Source: Verrucomicrobiota bacterium
GTDB lineage: Bacteria > Verrucomicrobiota > Verrucomicrobiia > Limisphaerales > JAHDYP01
Assembly: GCA_046047235.1 (NCBI GenBank)
Contig: JBJOII010000003.1
Span: 8,970 to 72,969, forward strand
Direction: 5' to 3'
Length of the DNA: 64,000 nt
In this document: piece by piece, positions 51,844-61,249 of the stretch
How positions within the stretch are numbered: position 1 is the first letter of the stretch
Layout: each line of letters starts with the position of its first letter
The notes under the pieces: generated by a model
Database searches by the model: none
The model's input: the letters and a program-made list of their open reading frames with translations, nothing else
Told to the model about the DNA's origin: nothing
Position numbers and translations under genes: made by a program

Positions 51844-53285
51844 GGCCACGGCAACGAATACGTCTTCACGTTCGTGAAGAATTTCATGGCCTCACTCACG
51901 CCCTCTTTCACTCCGTTGCCAGAATCCTTGATGCCTCCGAACGGCGACGTCTCGATCCGGTAACCCGGCTGTTCCCAGATGTTCACGGTCCCCACACGCA
52001 ACCCTTCAATGAACGCCTGCATCCGGCGGAAATCATTCGTGCAGACTCCCGACGACAAACCGAACGGCGTGCTATTGGAAATGCGCATGACTTCCTCGTC
52101 GTTGTCCGGCACACGCACGATGGGAACGATCGGCCCGAAAGTCTCCTCCATGACCAGTTCACTTTGATGCGGCACGAAGTCGACCACGATCGGCGGCAGC
52201 AGGGCGCCCTTGCGACCCGGATCATAGAGGACCTTGGCCCCCTGCTCTGCGGCCAGATAGACCCGCTTCTCGAACAACTCCGCCGCCCTGGCATGAATGA
52301 CACAACCCAGCTCAGTCGCCGGATCCATCGGATCCCCAAACCGGATCGCCTTCGCCTTGGTCAGCACGAGCGGAACGAATCGATCCGCCACGCTTTCCTG
52401 TACCAGAATGCGCTTCACCGCAGTGCATCGCTGACCCGAATTCCCCGTTGCACCCGCCACCGCAATGGTCGCCGCCTTCTCCAGGTCCGCATCGTCCAGA
52501 TCGTTCAGGATGATCAGGGGATCGTTGCCTCCCAGCTCCAAGGCCTGCCGCTTGTACACCGCCTTCGACGCAATCATCTTCCCCACCGGCACACCACCCG
52601 TGAAGGTGATGATGTCGATGTTGGGATTGGTGATCATTTCATCGCCAATGTCCTTCGGCCAACCGGTAACAACTTGGAACATCTCCGGAGGCAGACCGGC
52701 TTCATACAGGAGATCCGCCAGTGAAAGGGCCGTCAACGGAGTCAGCTCGGTCGGCTTGCACACCATGCAGTTGTTGGTGGCAATCGATGGCGCCACCTTG
52801 TGACTCACCATGTTCAACGGATGGTTGAACGGGGTGATGGCTGAGATGGCCCGCACCGGTTCGCGCTTGGTGTAAATCTTCCGCTGCTTCCCGTTGTGCG
52901 TCAGGTCGCAGGAAAAAATCTGGCCGTCGTCCTGCAGCGTCTGCGCCGCAGCAAAGGTATACACATCCTGCGCCCGCTTGGTCTCGTAAATGGCATGCTG
53001 CCAGCAAATGCCCAGTTCCAAGACCAGCCACTTGGCCAGAAACTCGCGACGCTCCCCGATCAGCTCACCCGTGCGCTTCAGGATCCGGCTGCGCTCGTAA
53101 CGCGTCAGCTTCGACTCATACGCCGCCGCTATCTCAAACGCACGACGCGCATGCTCCGCCGTCCCCGCCGGAACGGTCCCCACAACCTCGTCGGTATACG
53201 GATACCGCACCTCAATCCGTTCCCCGGTAAAGACCTTCTCCCCACCAATCCGCATCCCTTCGTTCCGGATCTCAATACGACTCAT
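51840..53285 (-). CDS. phnY: Aldehyde dehydrogenase, probably phosphonoacetaldehyde dehydrogenase
   Basis: ALDH catalytic motifs ELGGNDP and GQRCTAV. A GAGGAG Shine-Dalgarno lies upstream. The gene sits directly downstream of a PhnA-type hydrolase. Confidence 0.8.
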   Translation of the reverse strand: MSRIEIRNEGMRIGGEKVFTGERIEVRYPYTDEVVGTVPAGTAEHARRAFEIAAAYESKLTRYERSRILKRTGELIGERREFLAKWLVLELGICWQHAIYETKRAQDVYTFAAAQTLQDDGQIFSCDLTHNGKQRKIYTKREPVRAISAITPFNHPLNMVSHKVAPSIATNNCMVCKPTELTPLTALSLADLLYEAGLPPEMFQVVTGWPKDIGDEMITNPNIDIITFTGGVPVGKMIASKAVYKRQALELGGNDPLIILNDLDDADLEKAATIAVAGATGNSGQRCTAVKRILVQESVADRFVPLVLTKAKAIRFGDPMDPATELGCVIHARAAELFEKRVYLAAEQGAKVLYDPGRKGALLPPIVVDFVPHQSELVMEETFGPIVPIVRVPDNDEEVMRISNSTPFGLSSGVCTNDFRRMQAFIEGLRVGTVNIWEQPGYRIETSPFGGIKDSGNGVKEGVSEAMKFFTNVKTYSLPWP

Positions 53286-53300
53286 AGCTGCTCCTCGATA

Positions 53301-54545
53301 TCAAAGCGCCGCCGCGCGCGTGGCATAAAAGAACCCGTCAAAGTTCCGCAACTCCGGAGCATTCGGCACCTCCAACACGCGGTTCACTATAAACGGCACC
53401 TCCTGCTCGGTCAGCCCGCCATGGCTGCGCAACGGCTCCTTCAACGCCGCCAAGTCATGCCGGTGCTCCGACGTCCCCAACGTCATGTTCTCACCCGAGA
53501 TGATCACCACATCCCCAATCCGGTCCGCCGGCAACTCATAGCGCCTCACGGCCTCCGCCCGGTCCACCACGTCAATAATCTCCGGGACCGCCCTTAGCCG
53601 CTCCATGATCGCCCCACAATCCGACCCCGCCGGCAAATACGCCGTCGCAAACGAACCCAGCGCACCGTGATGCACCACATACGGATCGGTGATCGGCAGG
53701 ATCACCCGCGCCTTCGCCTCCCCCAGCCACTCGTCAAACAGGTCCTGCAAATAAATCACCCGCGGCCCACCCCGCTCATCATGCTTCGGCTTCATCCCGT
53801 GATCCGCCGTCACCACAATCGCCGCCCCCAAGGCATCCAACTCAGCCAAATACCGGTCGAACATCGCATAAAAATCCTTCGCCCCCTGCTCCACCGGCGA
53901 AAACTTGTGCTGAATGTAATCGGTCGTCGATAAATACATCACGTCCGGCTTCCACTCGCGCGCCAGCTTTACCCCGGCCGCAAATACAAACTCAGACAAC
54001 CCCGCAGAATACACCTCAGGCACCGCCATCCCCAACCACTCGTCCGCCCTGTCAATGCCGTTGGCCGCCTTCGTCGCCTGATCCGACCGCTCCGACGAAA
54101 AGCAAATCGCCCGATCCTCCCCAAACTCCAAACCCGCCCCCAACAACGCCCGAAGCTTGTCCTTCGCTGTCACGACGGCCACACGCGCCCCCGCCCGATA
54201 AAACTGGCTGAACACGGTCGGCGCCCGCAGGAACCGCACGTCGTTCATCATCACTTCCTCCCCGGTCTCCGGCTCAAACAGATAGTTGCCACAAATCCCG
54301 TGCACCACCGGCGGCCGCCCCGTCGCAATCGACAGATTGTTCGGATTGGTAAATGAAGGAATCACCGAGTGCGCCCGCCGGTCCGTGCCCGTTTCCCGAA
54401 TGCGTTTCAGGGTCGGCATCAAACCCTCCGCAATCGCCACATCGAGATACTCCGGTTCACAGCCATCCAGACAAATCACAATGGCGCAGGTCTTGGGTCC
54501 AGGATAGGTGCGACCGTTTGCCGTCACCTCAGATGGAATGGTCAT
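53301..54545 (-). CDS. phnA: Phosphonoacetate hydrolase (alkaline-phosphatase superfamily)
   Basis: VICLDGCEPEYL, IPSFTNPNNLSIATG, VHGICGN and TADHGM, as I recall them from PhnA. ATG at 54545 (MTIPSE) is preferred to GTG at 54578. Confidence 0.8.
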   Translation of the reverse strand: MTIPSEVTANGRTYPGPKTCAIVICLDGCEPEYLDVAIAEGLMPTLKRIRETGTDRRAHSVIPSFTNPNNLSIATGRPPVVHGICGNYLFEPETGEEVMMNDVRFLRAPTVFSQFYRAGARVAVVTAKDKLRALLGAGLEFGEDRAICFSSERSDQATKAANGIDRADEWLGMAVPEVYSAGLSEFVFAAGVKLAREWKPDVMYLSTTDYIQHKFSPVEQGAKDFYAMFDRYLAELDALGAAIVVTADHGMKPKHDERGGPRVIYLQDLFDEWLGEAKARVILPITDPYVVHHGALGSFATAYLPAGSDCGAIMERLRAVPEIIDVVDRAEAVRRYELPADRIGDVVIISGENMTLGTSEHRHDLAALKEPLRSHGGLTEQEVPFIVNRVLEVPNAPELRNFDGFFYATRAAAL

Positions 54546-54934
54546 GTCGTTAAAAAAGTCGGTTAAACCAGAAGCCACCGACCGTAGTGATCCGCGCTGT
54601 CCCGCTCAAGGACAAAGCCCCCCCGACCCAGGCGAGACCGCGCCCGGGCATGGTTCGAAGAATACCCACCCGTCGTCTCCATCCAGGTTATCCAGAAGTT
54701 CACTGCCAGCGCCCTGCGTAAACCCACACCGGGAATCCATGAGCACAAGAATACGCCATAAACCACCTCCCGTGCTCTGCCCGAAGACAGAGGCCAACCC
54801 CCTGTTCATCACTTCCAGTTCCCGCCAAACCCCGATCTGGCGAATCCGTCAGATCAGCCTGATCTACACCATGCGCCAATCGAGCTGCAACACCCGAAGA
54901 ACAGTGCCAGCGTGTGGGCCTTCACAGCCCCACC

Positions 54935-55714
54935 CTACGGCTTGATCTTCTGGAACAACGCGGTCAGCCGGGTGCGATACATCTCCACGATCTCACCCTG
55001 CACATCACCCAGCGGCTTGACCGGGACAAGGTCCATAACCTCCGCAGATGCGAGCCCGGATTCCAGCAGCGTGCGCGTCGCGCCGCAAAGGGTTCGCTTC
55101 AGTGCAGGCACAACCTCCTCCTCCGTTAAGCCAAACCCGGCCGCCAGCTCGCGCAGCACCTGCATCTGAAACCAGAAATAGGTCGGCCCCATGCCGCTCA
55201 AAAGCGCGTAGCCCTCAAGCTTGGTCTCGTCCACTTCGGGGTGCTCCCCCAACGGAGCAAACAACGACACCACCTCGTCACGGTCGCCAGCAGGAAGCGA
55301 TGACGAAAAAGCCATGGGATTGTAGCCGGCACCAATCAGGGAGGGCGCGTTCGGAATGATGCGCACGATTCGATCGAACCCGCCAAGCATCGATGACAGC
55401 TTCGCAAACGTAAACTTGGGGGCCAGCGAGACCATTACGGCGTTCGCTTTGAGCACCGGCCGGATCTGCGTCAACACCTCGGGAATCACCGGAGGATGCA
55501 CCGCCAGTATGACCAGTTCCCGGGTGGCCGCCTCAAGGTTGTCAGCGGGAGAGATCGCAAGCTTCGGAAACCTCTCCCTGAGCCCCGCCAATGCGTCCGG
55601 ACCCGGATCACTCACCACGATGCCCCGGGGCATCTGCCCGGCATGCTGAAGTCCTTGCAAGAGGATGCGCACTACGCGTCCTCCGCCAATAAAACCAATG
55701 GTTCGGTGGGTCAT
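54935..55714 (-). CDS. proC: Pyrroline-5-carboxylate reductase
   Basis: N-terminal IGFIGGGRV Rossmann fold and a P5CR-type C-terminal dimerisation region. 259 aa. Confidence 0.85.
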   Translation of the reverse strand: MTHRTIGFIGGGRVVRILLQGLQHAGQMPRGIVVSDPGPDALAGLRERFPKLAISPADNLEAATRELVILAVHPPVIPEVLTQIRPVLKANAVMVSLAPKFTFAKLSSMLGGFDRIVRIIPNAPSLIGAGYNPMAFSSSLPAGDRDEVVSLFAPLGEHPEVDETKLEGYALLSGMGPTYFWFQMQVLRELAAGFGLTEEEVVPALKRTLCGATRTLLESGLASAEVMDLVPVKPLGDVQGEIVEMYRTRLTALFQKIKP

Positions 55715-55845
55715 AATTCACCTTGGGTTAGTCGGATTCCGTTACATAGGTCAGCCATACAACGTTTACCGTTACGCCAAGCCGCGCAACCCCGCCTTCC
55801 ACAGCCTCACCCCCGCCCGCTCTCATCCTCCCTCAACTCCCCGCT

Positions 55846-57627
55846 TCAGCCGTCGAACGTCTCCAACAGCTGCTCCAGCTGCTCAGGACCAACCGGCTCC
55901 TTCCTCGTCCACGGGATCAGGACGCATCGACTCGAGAGGGTGTCAGCGACTTCCCGGATGAACGGGATCTCGTTCCTCCCCCGCGCCATAAGAACCGGAT
56001 CGCTGCTGGAACAACGGGAGAAACTCTGGTTCACCACCCAGGCCCAAGGCTCGATCCCAGCCCGCCGAAGATCCTCCTGCAACGCCGCCGCTTCATGCAC
56101 CGGTGTAGGCTCCGGCAAGGTCACCACCAGAATACGCGTAAACCCGGGATCACGCAGCCTCGGCAACAGCTCCCGCACTTCCTCCGGCAGATCGCTGGTG
56201 TTGCGCGAAACCTCGCGATGATACGCCTCAGTAGCATCCAGCAACAACAAGGTGTGGCCCGTGGGCGCAGTGTCCAGCACCACAAATCCGTCCCTGCCTC
56301 CAGCCACCATCCGCGCAAAGGCCCGGAACACCGCCACCTCCTCCGTGCACGGTGAACGAAGGTCCTCTTCCAGCAGCGCGCGACCCTGAACATCCAGACC
56401 GGCTCCCGCCGTAGCCATCACTTGCTCCACATAAGCCCGGGTCTCAACCGCTGGATCAATGCGGCTCACCTCCAAACCGGGTATGGAATCCCCCGCCACC
56501 GCCGCCACATGGGCCGCAGGATCGGTCGTGCTGAGATGTACCTTCGCACCCCGTCGCGCCAGCGCCATCGCAATCGCGGCCGCCACAGTGGTCTTGCCCA
56601 CACCCCCCTTGCCCATCGTCATCACCACGCCACGACCCACCCCCAATAGATCATCCACTAGGGCCGACAAGGCCCCAATTGCCGGGATGCCGTTGCCGTC
56701 CTCCACCATAAGGGACTCCGTCGCTTCCGCGGCCACAGACGCAAGCCGACGCAAGGCCGGGATGCCCACCAGGTTATGGGCCTGAAGCGGCACCTGCACC
56801 GACGGCAGCGCCGCCAGCTCCGCCGACATGCCCCCCAAAGCACCGCGCCCACGCTCCTCCAAGGCCGTCGCGTATGCATCGCGCCTGTCACTGGCACGGA
56901 AGATCCCGTTGATCAGCAGTCTCTGGTTCTGCATCCCCAGCGCAGCCAACTCCCCACGCGTCCGATCCGCTTCACGTAAGGCCGCCGGCTGGGGACGACT
57001 CACCAGAAACAACGTTGCCCGGCGCGCATCAGCCAAGGCCGCCACCGACCCCTCATACAACCGCCGTTGGGCCTGTAAACCCGACAGCGGTCCGAGGCAC
57101 GAGGTGCCAGTCGTGTTCGTCTGCATGAAACCCGTCCACGCAGCCGGTAGCTTCAACAGCCGCAGCGTATGACCCGTCGGCGCAGTATCGAAAACCACAT
57201 GGTCATACTCCCGGGTGAGCCCCGGATCTCCCAGCAACAAGGTGAACTCATCAAAGGCCGCAATCTCCAAGGTGCACGCCCCCGAGAGCTGCTCCTCCAT
57301 GCTCCGAACCGCCGCATCCGGCAACACCCCGCGATACGGCCCCACCAAACGCTCACGATACGCCGCCGCCGCCGCCTGCGGATCAATGTTCAGGGCCGAC
57401 AATCCAGTCACCCCCGCAATCGGTGTCGGCTGCCCGGACAGGCTTTCACCCAGCACCTCGTCCAGGTTCGACGCAGGATCGGTACTCACCAGCAAGACCC
57501 GTCGACCCGCATCCGCCAACGCCACCGCCGTCGCACAAGCCAACGATGTCTTCCCCACACCCCCCTTCCCGGTAAAAAACAGGTAAGGCGTCGGCAACCT
57601 CAGGATCTCAGCAAGCGGTCCAGTCAT
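55846..57627 (-). CDS. arsA: Arsenite-stimulated ATPase ArsA (two homologous halves)
   Basis: Two P-loops (GKGGVGKTS, GKGGVGKTT), DTAPTGHTL twice, and Cys residues in positions expected for the metalloid site (SGACTLE, GTSCLGP, SPCTEE). Confidence 0.92.
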   Translation of the reverse strand: MTGPLAEILRLPTPYLFFTGKGGVGKTSLACATAVALADAGRRVLLVSTDPASNLDEVLGESLSGQPTPIAGVTGLSALNIDPQAAAAAYRERLVGPYRGVLPDAAVRSMEEQLSGACTLEIAAFDEFTLLLGDPGLTREYDHVVFDTAPTGHTLRLLKLPAAWTGFMQTNTTGTSCLGPLSGLQAQRRLYEGSVAALADARRATLFLVSRPQPAALREADRTRGELAALGMQNQRLLINGIFRASDRRDAYATALEERGRGALGGMSAELAALPSVQVPLQAHNLVGIPALRRLASVAAEATESLMVEDGNGIPAIGALSALVDDLLGVGRGVVMTMGKGGVGKTTVAAAIAMALARRGAKVHLSTTDPAAHVAAVAGDSIPGLEVSRIDPAVETRAYVEQVMATAGAGLDVQGRALLEEDLRSPCTEEVAVFRAFARMVAGGRDGFVVLDTAPTGHTLLLLDATEAYHREVSRNTSDLPEEVRELLPRLRDPGFTRILVVTLPEPTPVHEAAALQEDLRRAGIEPWAWVVNQSFSRCSSSDPVLMARGRNEIPFIREVADTLSSRCVLIPWTRKEPVGPEQLEQLLETFDG

Positions 57628-57630
57628 GGC

Positions 57631-58926
57631 TTAGCAGCATCCGGAATCAGGTGAACAGCAACAACCGCCCCCCGCGTTGCGGGTAGGATCCGGACGCAAC
57701 AACAACGGGTCAAACGCCGGAAGTTCAGGCAGCTTGACCCCCGCCCAGCGCGCCATCTCCCTCCGGCCCGGATAACTCCCCACACTCGCCACCGCCCCAT
57801 CCACCAGCACCAGCGGCAGACAATCGGTTCCCTGCTCAGCCAACGTCGCCTTCACGATGTCACTCCCCGCGAATGCCGCCGGTGCCTGCGCCAGATTGTA
57901 GCGCTCAACCACAACACCCTGCGATTTCAGCCAATCCAGATCCGCCGCAAATTGCACCAGCTTCGGGTCCACATTGGGTCCGCACACGCCCGTCGAACAA
58001 CACATGGCCGGGTCGTAGACCTCCAGCCTGACCGGAGACTTGGCCGCTCCTGTAGCGGACTCACCCACGCTCCCGGTATCCGCTTTGCGTGCCGTGATCT
58101 CCAGGCTGGTGATGTAATCGGCCGGCCCCGTGCCTTCAGGTAACTCCGCCGCAATCTGCCGATAAACGGGATCCCGCCAGTCCACCATCCCCTCTACATA
58201 GCCGGTTCTCCGCGTCAGTACGATATCCACCAACCCGGCCTCTCTCGCCATGCGCTCACTCTCGGAAACCAGCACCGCACCGGCAATACAACCAATCCGG
58301 GCCTCCACCATCCCCAGCACCTCCGCCGGCAATGACCTCAGCAGCGCCAGATCCGAAACCGCAACCCGCCCCCCAGGCTTCAATACCCGCGCCACCTCCC
58401 GCCACACCTGCGCCTTGTCCGGCGACAGGTTGATCACACAATTCGAAATCACCACGTCCACCGATCCATCCGCCACCGGCAAATGCTCAATCTCACCCAA
58501 CCTAAACTCCACATTGTCCAAACCGGAATGCTCCCGGTAAACGGTAATGTTCCTCCTCGCCTTCGCCAGCATGTCCGGAGTCATGTCGACCCCAATCACC
58601 CGCCCCTCAGCCCCCACCTTCCGCCCGGCTATAAACACGTCAAACCCACCGCCACTGCCCAGATCCAGCACCACCTCCCCGGGGCGAAGCGCCGCCAGCG
58701 CATTGGGGTTGCCGCACGAAAGCCCCATATTCGCACCCTCAGGCAAGACAGACAGCTCCTCTAGGGAGTAGCCCACATGCCGCGCCAGCGTCTCCGGATC
58801 ACAGCCCCCCCCGTCACAACACCCCCCACCTCCGCTCCGCCGATCGCTGCCCCCGTTCGCAACCTGACTGTACCCCGTGCGCACCATCTCGCGCACAGCT
58901 TCAGAATCCAACTTGGACGTGGTCAT
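57631..58926 (-). CDS. arsM-arsD: Fusion protein: ArsM As(III) S-adenosylmethionine methyltransferase (N-terminal) plus ArsD metallochaperone (C-terminal)
   Basis: ArsM part has VLDLGSGGG and conserved Cys residues in GGCCDGGGC, LSCGNP, SNCVINL and GCIAGA. ArsD part has VYDPAMCCSTGVCGP, LPLVLVDG and a Cys-rich tail GGGCCCSPDSGCC. Confidence 0.85.
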   Translation of the reverse strand: MTTSKLDSEAVREMVRTGYSQVANGGSDRRSGGGGCCDGGGCDPETLARHVGYSLEELSVLPEGANMGLSCGNPNALAALRPGEVVLDLGSGGGFDVFIAGRKVGAEGRVIGVDMTPDMLAKARRNITVYREHSGLDNVEFRLGEIEHLPVADGSVDVVISNCVINLSPDKAQVWREVARVLKPGGRVAVSDLALLRSLPAEVLGMVEARIGCIAGAVLVSESERMAREAGLVDIVLTRRTGYVEGMVDWRDPVYRQIAAELPEGTGPADYITSLEITARKADTGSVGESATGAAKSPVRLEVYDPAMCCSTGVCGPNVDPKLVQFAADLDWLKSQGVVVERYNLAQAPAAFAGSDIVKATLAEQGTDCLPLVLVDGAVASVGSYPGRREMARWAGVKLPELPAFDPLLLRPDPTRNAGGGCCCSPDSGCC

Positions 58927-58938
58927 GGGTCTTCCTTT

Positions 58939-59367
58939 CTATGGGGCCCTCAACAGGACGTCTGGCAGGGTTTCAATGAACCGACGGATCTCGTCCCGCA
59001 CCCGGCGATACACCGCCAGCTTCTCCTCCCCGTCAGGCAGCTCCTTCGTCAACTTCGGCGGATCCTCAAACCCGTGATGCACCACCTTGGCCTTGCCAGG
59101 AAAAACCGGACAATGCTCGTTCGCATGGCCACATACGGTCACCACATAGTCAAACTCCACCGCACCCATGTCTTCCAAGGTCTTGGAATACTGTTGGCCT
59201 ATCGCCACACCCGCTTCAGCCATGACCTTCATGGCATGCGGATTCATGCCGTGCTTCTCAATCCCGGCCGAATACGGCTCGATCTCATCACTCTTCAGAT
59301 GACGGGCCCAGCCCTCAGCCATCTGGCTGCGGCACGAGTTCCCGGTGCATAAAAACAGCACCTTCAT
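58939..59367 (-). CDS. arsC: Arsenate reductase (LMW-PTPase / thioredoxin-coupled type)
   Basis: KVLFLCTGNSCRSQMAEG P-loop. ATG at 59367 overlaps the arsR stop (ATGA at 59364-59367). Confidence 0.9.
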   Translation of the reverse strand: MKVLFLCTGNSCRSQMAEGWARHLKSDEIEPYSAGIEKHGMNPHAMKVMAEAGVAIGQQYSKTLEDMGAVEFDYVVTVCGHANEHCPVFPGKAKVVHHGFEDPPKLTKELPDGEEKLAVYRRVRDEIRRFIETLPDVLLRAP

Positions 59368-59729
59368 TTTGTGCATTGTTTGCGACATAAATCAGCAGGG
59401 TTGCATTTCAAAACTTGCTTCAGACGCTTCCGGTCTCCAGCTACACGCGCGTCCTTCGCCAAAGACCGCTCCACCCAGTCCAAGGCCTCGCGCACCGCCG
59501 GCGCCGCCTCGCCATCCGGCAACGCGTAATACACCCAGCGCCCCTCCTTGCGGCAGCTCACCAGCCCCGCCTGCTTCAACAGGTAGAAATGCTTGGACAT
59601 CGTGGACTGCGCGAGACCAAACAGCTCCGTAATCTGACACGCGCATAACTCCCGCTCCCGCAACGCCAGCAACACCCGGATCCGGGTCGAATCCGCCAGT
59701 GCCTTGGTGATGTTCATGAACTCGCGCAT
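59364..59729 (-). CDS. arsR: ArsR/SmtB-family metalloregulator
   Basis: HTH with ELCACQITELF (CxC metalloid site) and a Cys-containing C-terminal tail. The ATG is at 59729, or at 59717. Confidence 0.85.
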   Translation of the reverse strand: MREFMNITKALADSTRIRVLLALRERELCACQITELFGLAQSTMSKHFYLLKQAGLVSCRKEGRWVYYALPDGEAAPAVREALDWVERSLAKDARVAGDRKRLKQVLKCNPADLCRKQCTK

Positions 59730-59740
59730 CGCAGTCTTAT

Positions 59741-59760
59741 ATTTCGTCGTTTGGCGAAAT
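59741..59760. promoter_or_regulatory. Candidate ArsR operator (ATTTCG-N8-CGAAAT)
   Basis: 6-bp inverted repeat (7 of 8 if extended) lying 12-31 nt upstream of the arsR ATG, in the divergent spacer. Confidence 0.35.
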
Positions 59761-59861
59761 GTAAAATGGATGCAAGACTCGGCCATGTCAAGCAACACCG
59801 CCACATCACCCGCCGCGCTTCGAGAGTGACGACACGACCCCGCCACGCTAGTCTGCCCCTC

Positions 59862-60941
59862 ATGTCCCCCTCCAAGTGGTGTCGAAACAAAACGGCGCTC
59901 GCGTCGCTCGGACTTCTGCTAAGCCTCCCGCTGCCTGCCGCCCCCACCCCCACCCCCGCCTGGCAGGGCGTCCACCTCATGGCCCCCGGCGCCTCCGGCA
60001 TGCCCCTCCTGGAAAAGGCCGTCTCCGGCCCGCTCTCAAACCTCGGAGTCAATGTCGTCATCCTAGAAATCGGATACGGCTACGCCTTCACCTCCCACCC
60101 CGAACTCGCCCGGCCCGGCGGCATCACCCGGGAACAGGCCCGGTCGCTGGCCAAAGCCTGCAACGACAAAGGCATCCGGCTCATCCCCCTCTTCAACTGC
60201 CTCGGACACCAGTCCTGGGCCAAAACCACCCACCCACTCCTCACCCAATACCCCGAGTTCGACGAAACACCCGATATCCCCACGGACAATCCCGACATCT
60301 ACTGCCGCAGCTGGTGCCCCCTGCATCCCAAGGTCAACAACGTCGTCTTCGCACTGCTGGACGAACTGATCGAAGCGTTCAATGCCGACGCACTCCATGT
60401 CGGCATGGACGAGGTCTTCCTCATCGGTCATGACCAATGCGAACGCTGCCGGGGCAAAGATCCGGCCGATCTGTTCGCACGCGCCGTCCATGACCTGCAC
60501 CAACATCTCGTAGGAACCAAAGGCGTGGAGATGCTGCTCTGGGGAGACCGCCTCATCGATGACAACGTCATGCGCTATGGCGAATGGGAGGCTAGCCGAA
60601 ACGGCACCGCAGCCGCAGTCGACAAAATCCCCAAGGATATCGTCATCTGTGACTGGCACTACGAGAAACGGGAAAGCTACCCCTCCATTCCGTTCTTCCT
60701 GGACAAAGGATTCCGCTGCTGGCCATCCAGTTGGCGCAACAAGGAAGCCGCCCTCGCCCTGCAGGCACACGCACGCGAACAAAACCATCCCCGCATGCTC
60801 GGTCACCTCTGCACCACCTGGAGCGGATCAGAAAGCCTCGCCAAAGTGCTCCTGCAGGAAGCTGACGATAACAACCGCTACCACCAGGCCCGCCAGCTCG
60901 CCGACGTGCTAAACGCCTGCTTCGGCACTGCGGAACGCTGA
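59862..60941 (+). CDS. Secreted TIM-barrel glycoside hydrolase, GH20-like
   Basis: ATG at 59862 gives a signal peptide. IPLFNCLGHQSW and HVGMDEVF resemble the GH20 PGH and HxGxDE motifs. The family assignment is tentative. Confidence 0.55.
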   Translation: MSPSKWCRNKTALASLGLLLSLPLPAAPTPTPAWQGVHLMAPGASGMPLLEKAVSGPLSNLGVNVVILEIGYGYAFTSHPELARPGGITREQARSLAKACNDKGIRLIPLFNCLGHQSWAKTTHPLLTQYPEFDETPDIPTDNPDIYCRSWCPLHPKVNNVVFALLDELIEAFNADALHVGMDEVFLIGHDQCERCRGKDPADLFARAVHDLHQHLVGTKGVEMLLWGDRLIDDNVMRYGEWEASRNGTAAAVDKIPKDIVICDWHYEKRESYPSIPFFLDKGFRCWPSSWRNKEAALALQAHAREQNHPRMLGHLCTTWSGSESLAKVLLQEADDNNRYHQARQLADVLNACFGTAER

Positions 60942-60944
60942 CCC

Positions 60945-60979
60945 ATATCGTCGTCATATCGTCGTACTCATATCGTCGT
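60945..60979 (+). repeat. ATATCGTCGT x3 direct repeats (60945, 60956, 60970)
   Basis: Three perfect 10-mers spaced 11 and 14 nt apart, starting 4 nt after the GH20-like stop. The last one runs into the left inverted repeat of the next element. Confidence 0.85.
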
Positions 60980-61207
60980 CGGACCACGGCAAACTATTGC
61001 CGTGGAACGTGTTAACACGATTTAACCCCCTTAAAACGGCCTATGGGCCGCTTTTTGGGCCTGTTTTGCGGCCCATACGAGCAGGCAGGAGGATCGAACA
61101 GCATGGAGCGCTTTTTGACCCCGAAAAGGGCTCCATAGGCCCCAAAATGACCACTTAAACGGGGATACCTTGCTGGACATCAAGATGTTACCGTGGTCCG
61201 AGGACGA
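60973..61207. other. 235-bp lower-GC element bounded by 20-bp inverted repeats, packed with hairpins (MITE-like element or structured ncRNA)
   Basis: Left arm TCGTCGTCGGACCACGGCAA pairs with the right arm (reverse complement TCGTCCTCGGACCACGGTAA) at 18 of 20 positions. Internal hairpins lie at 60984-61005 (9 bp), 61042-61077 (10 bp) and 61103-61136 (12 bp with one mismatch). The palindrome GTGTTAACAC is at 61009-61018. Confidence 0.4.
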
Positions 61208-61249
61208 AGGGTAAGCCCTGGGACAGCCGGGAATATGCAGAACGGGTCA

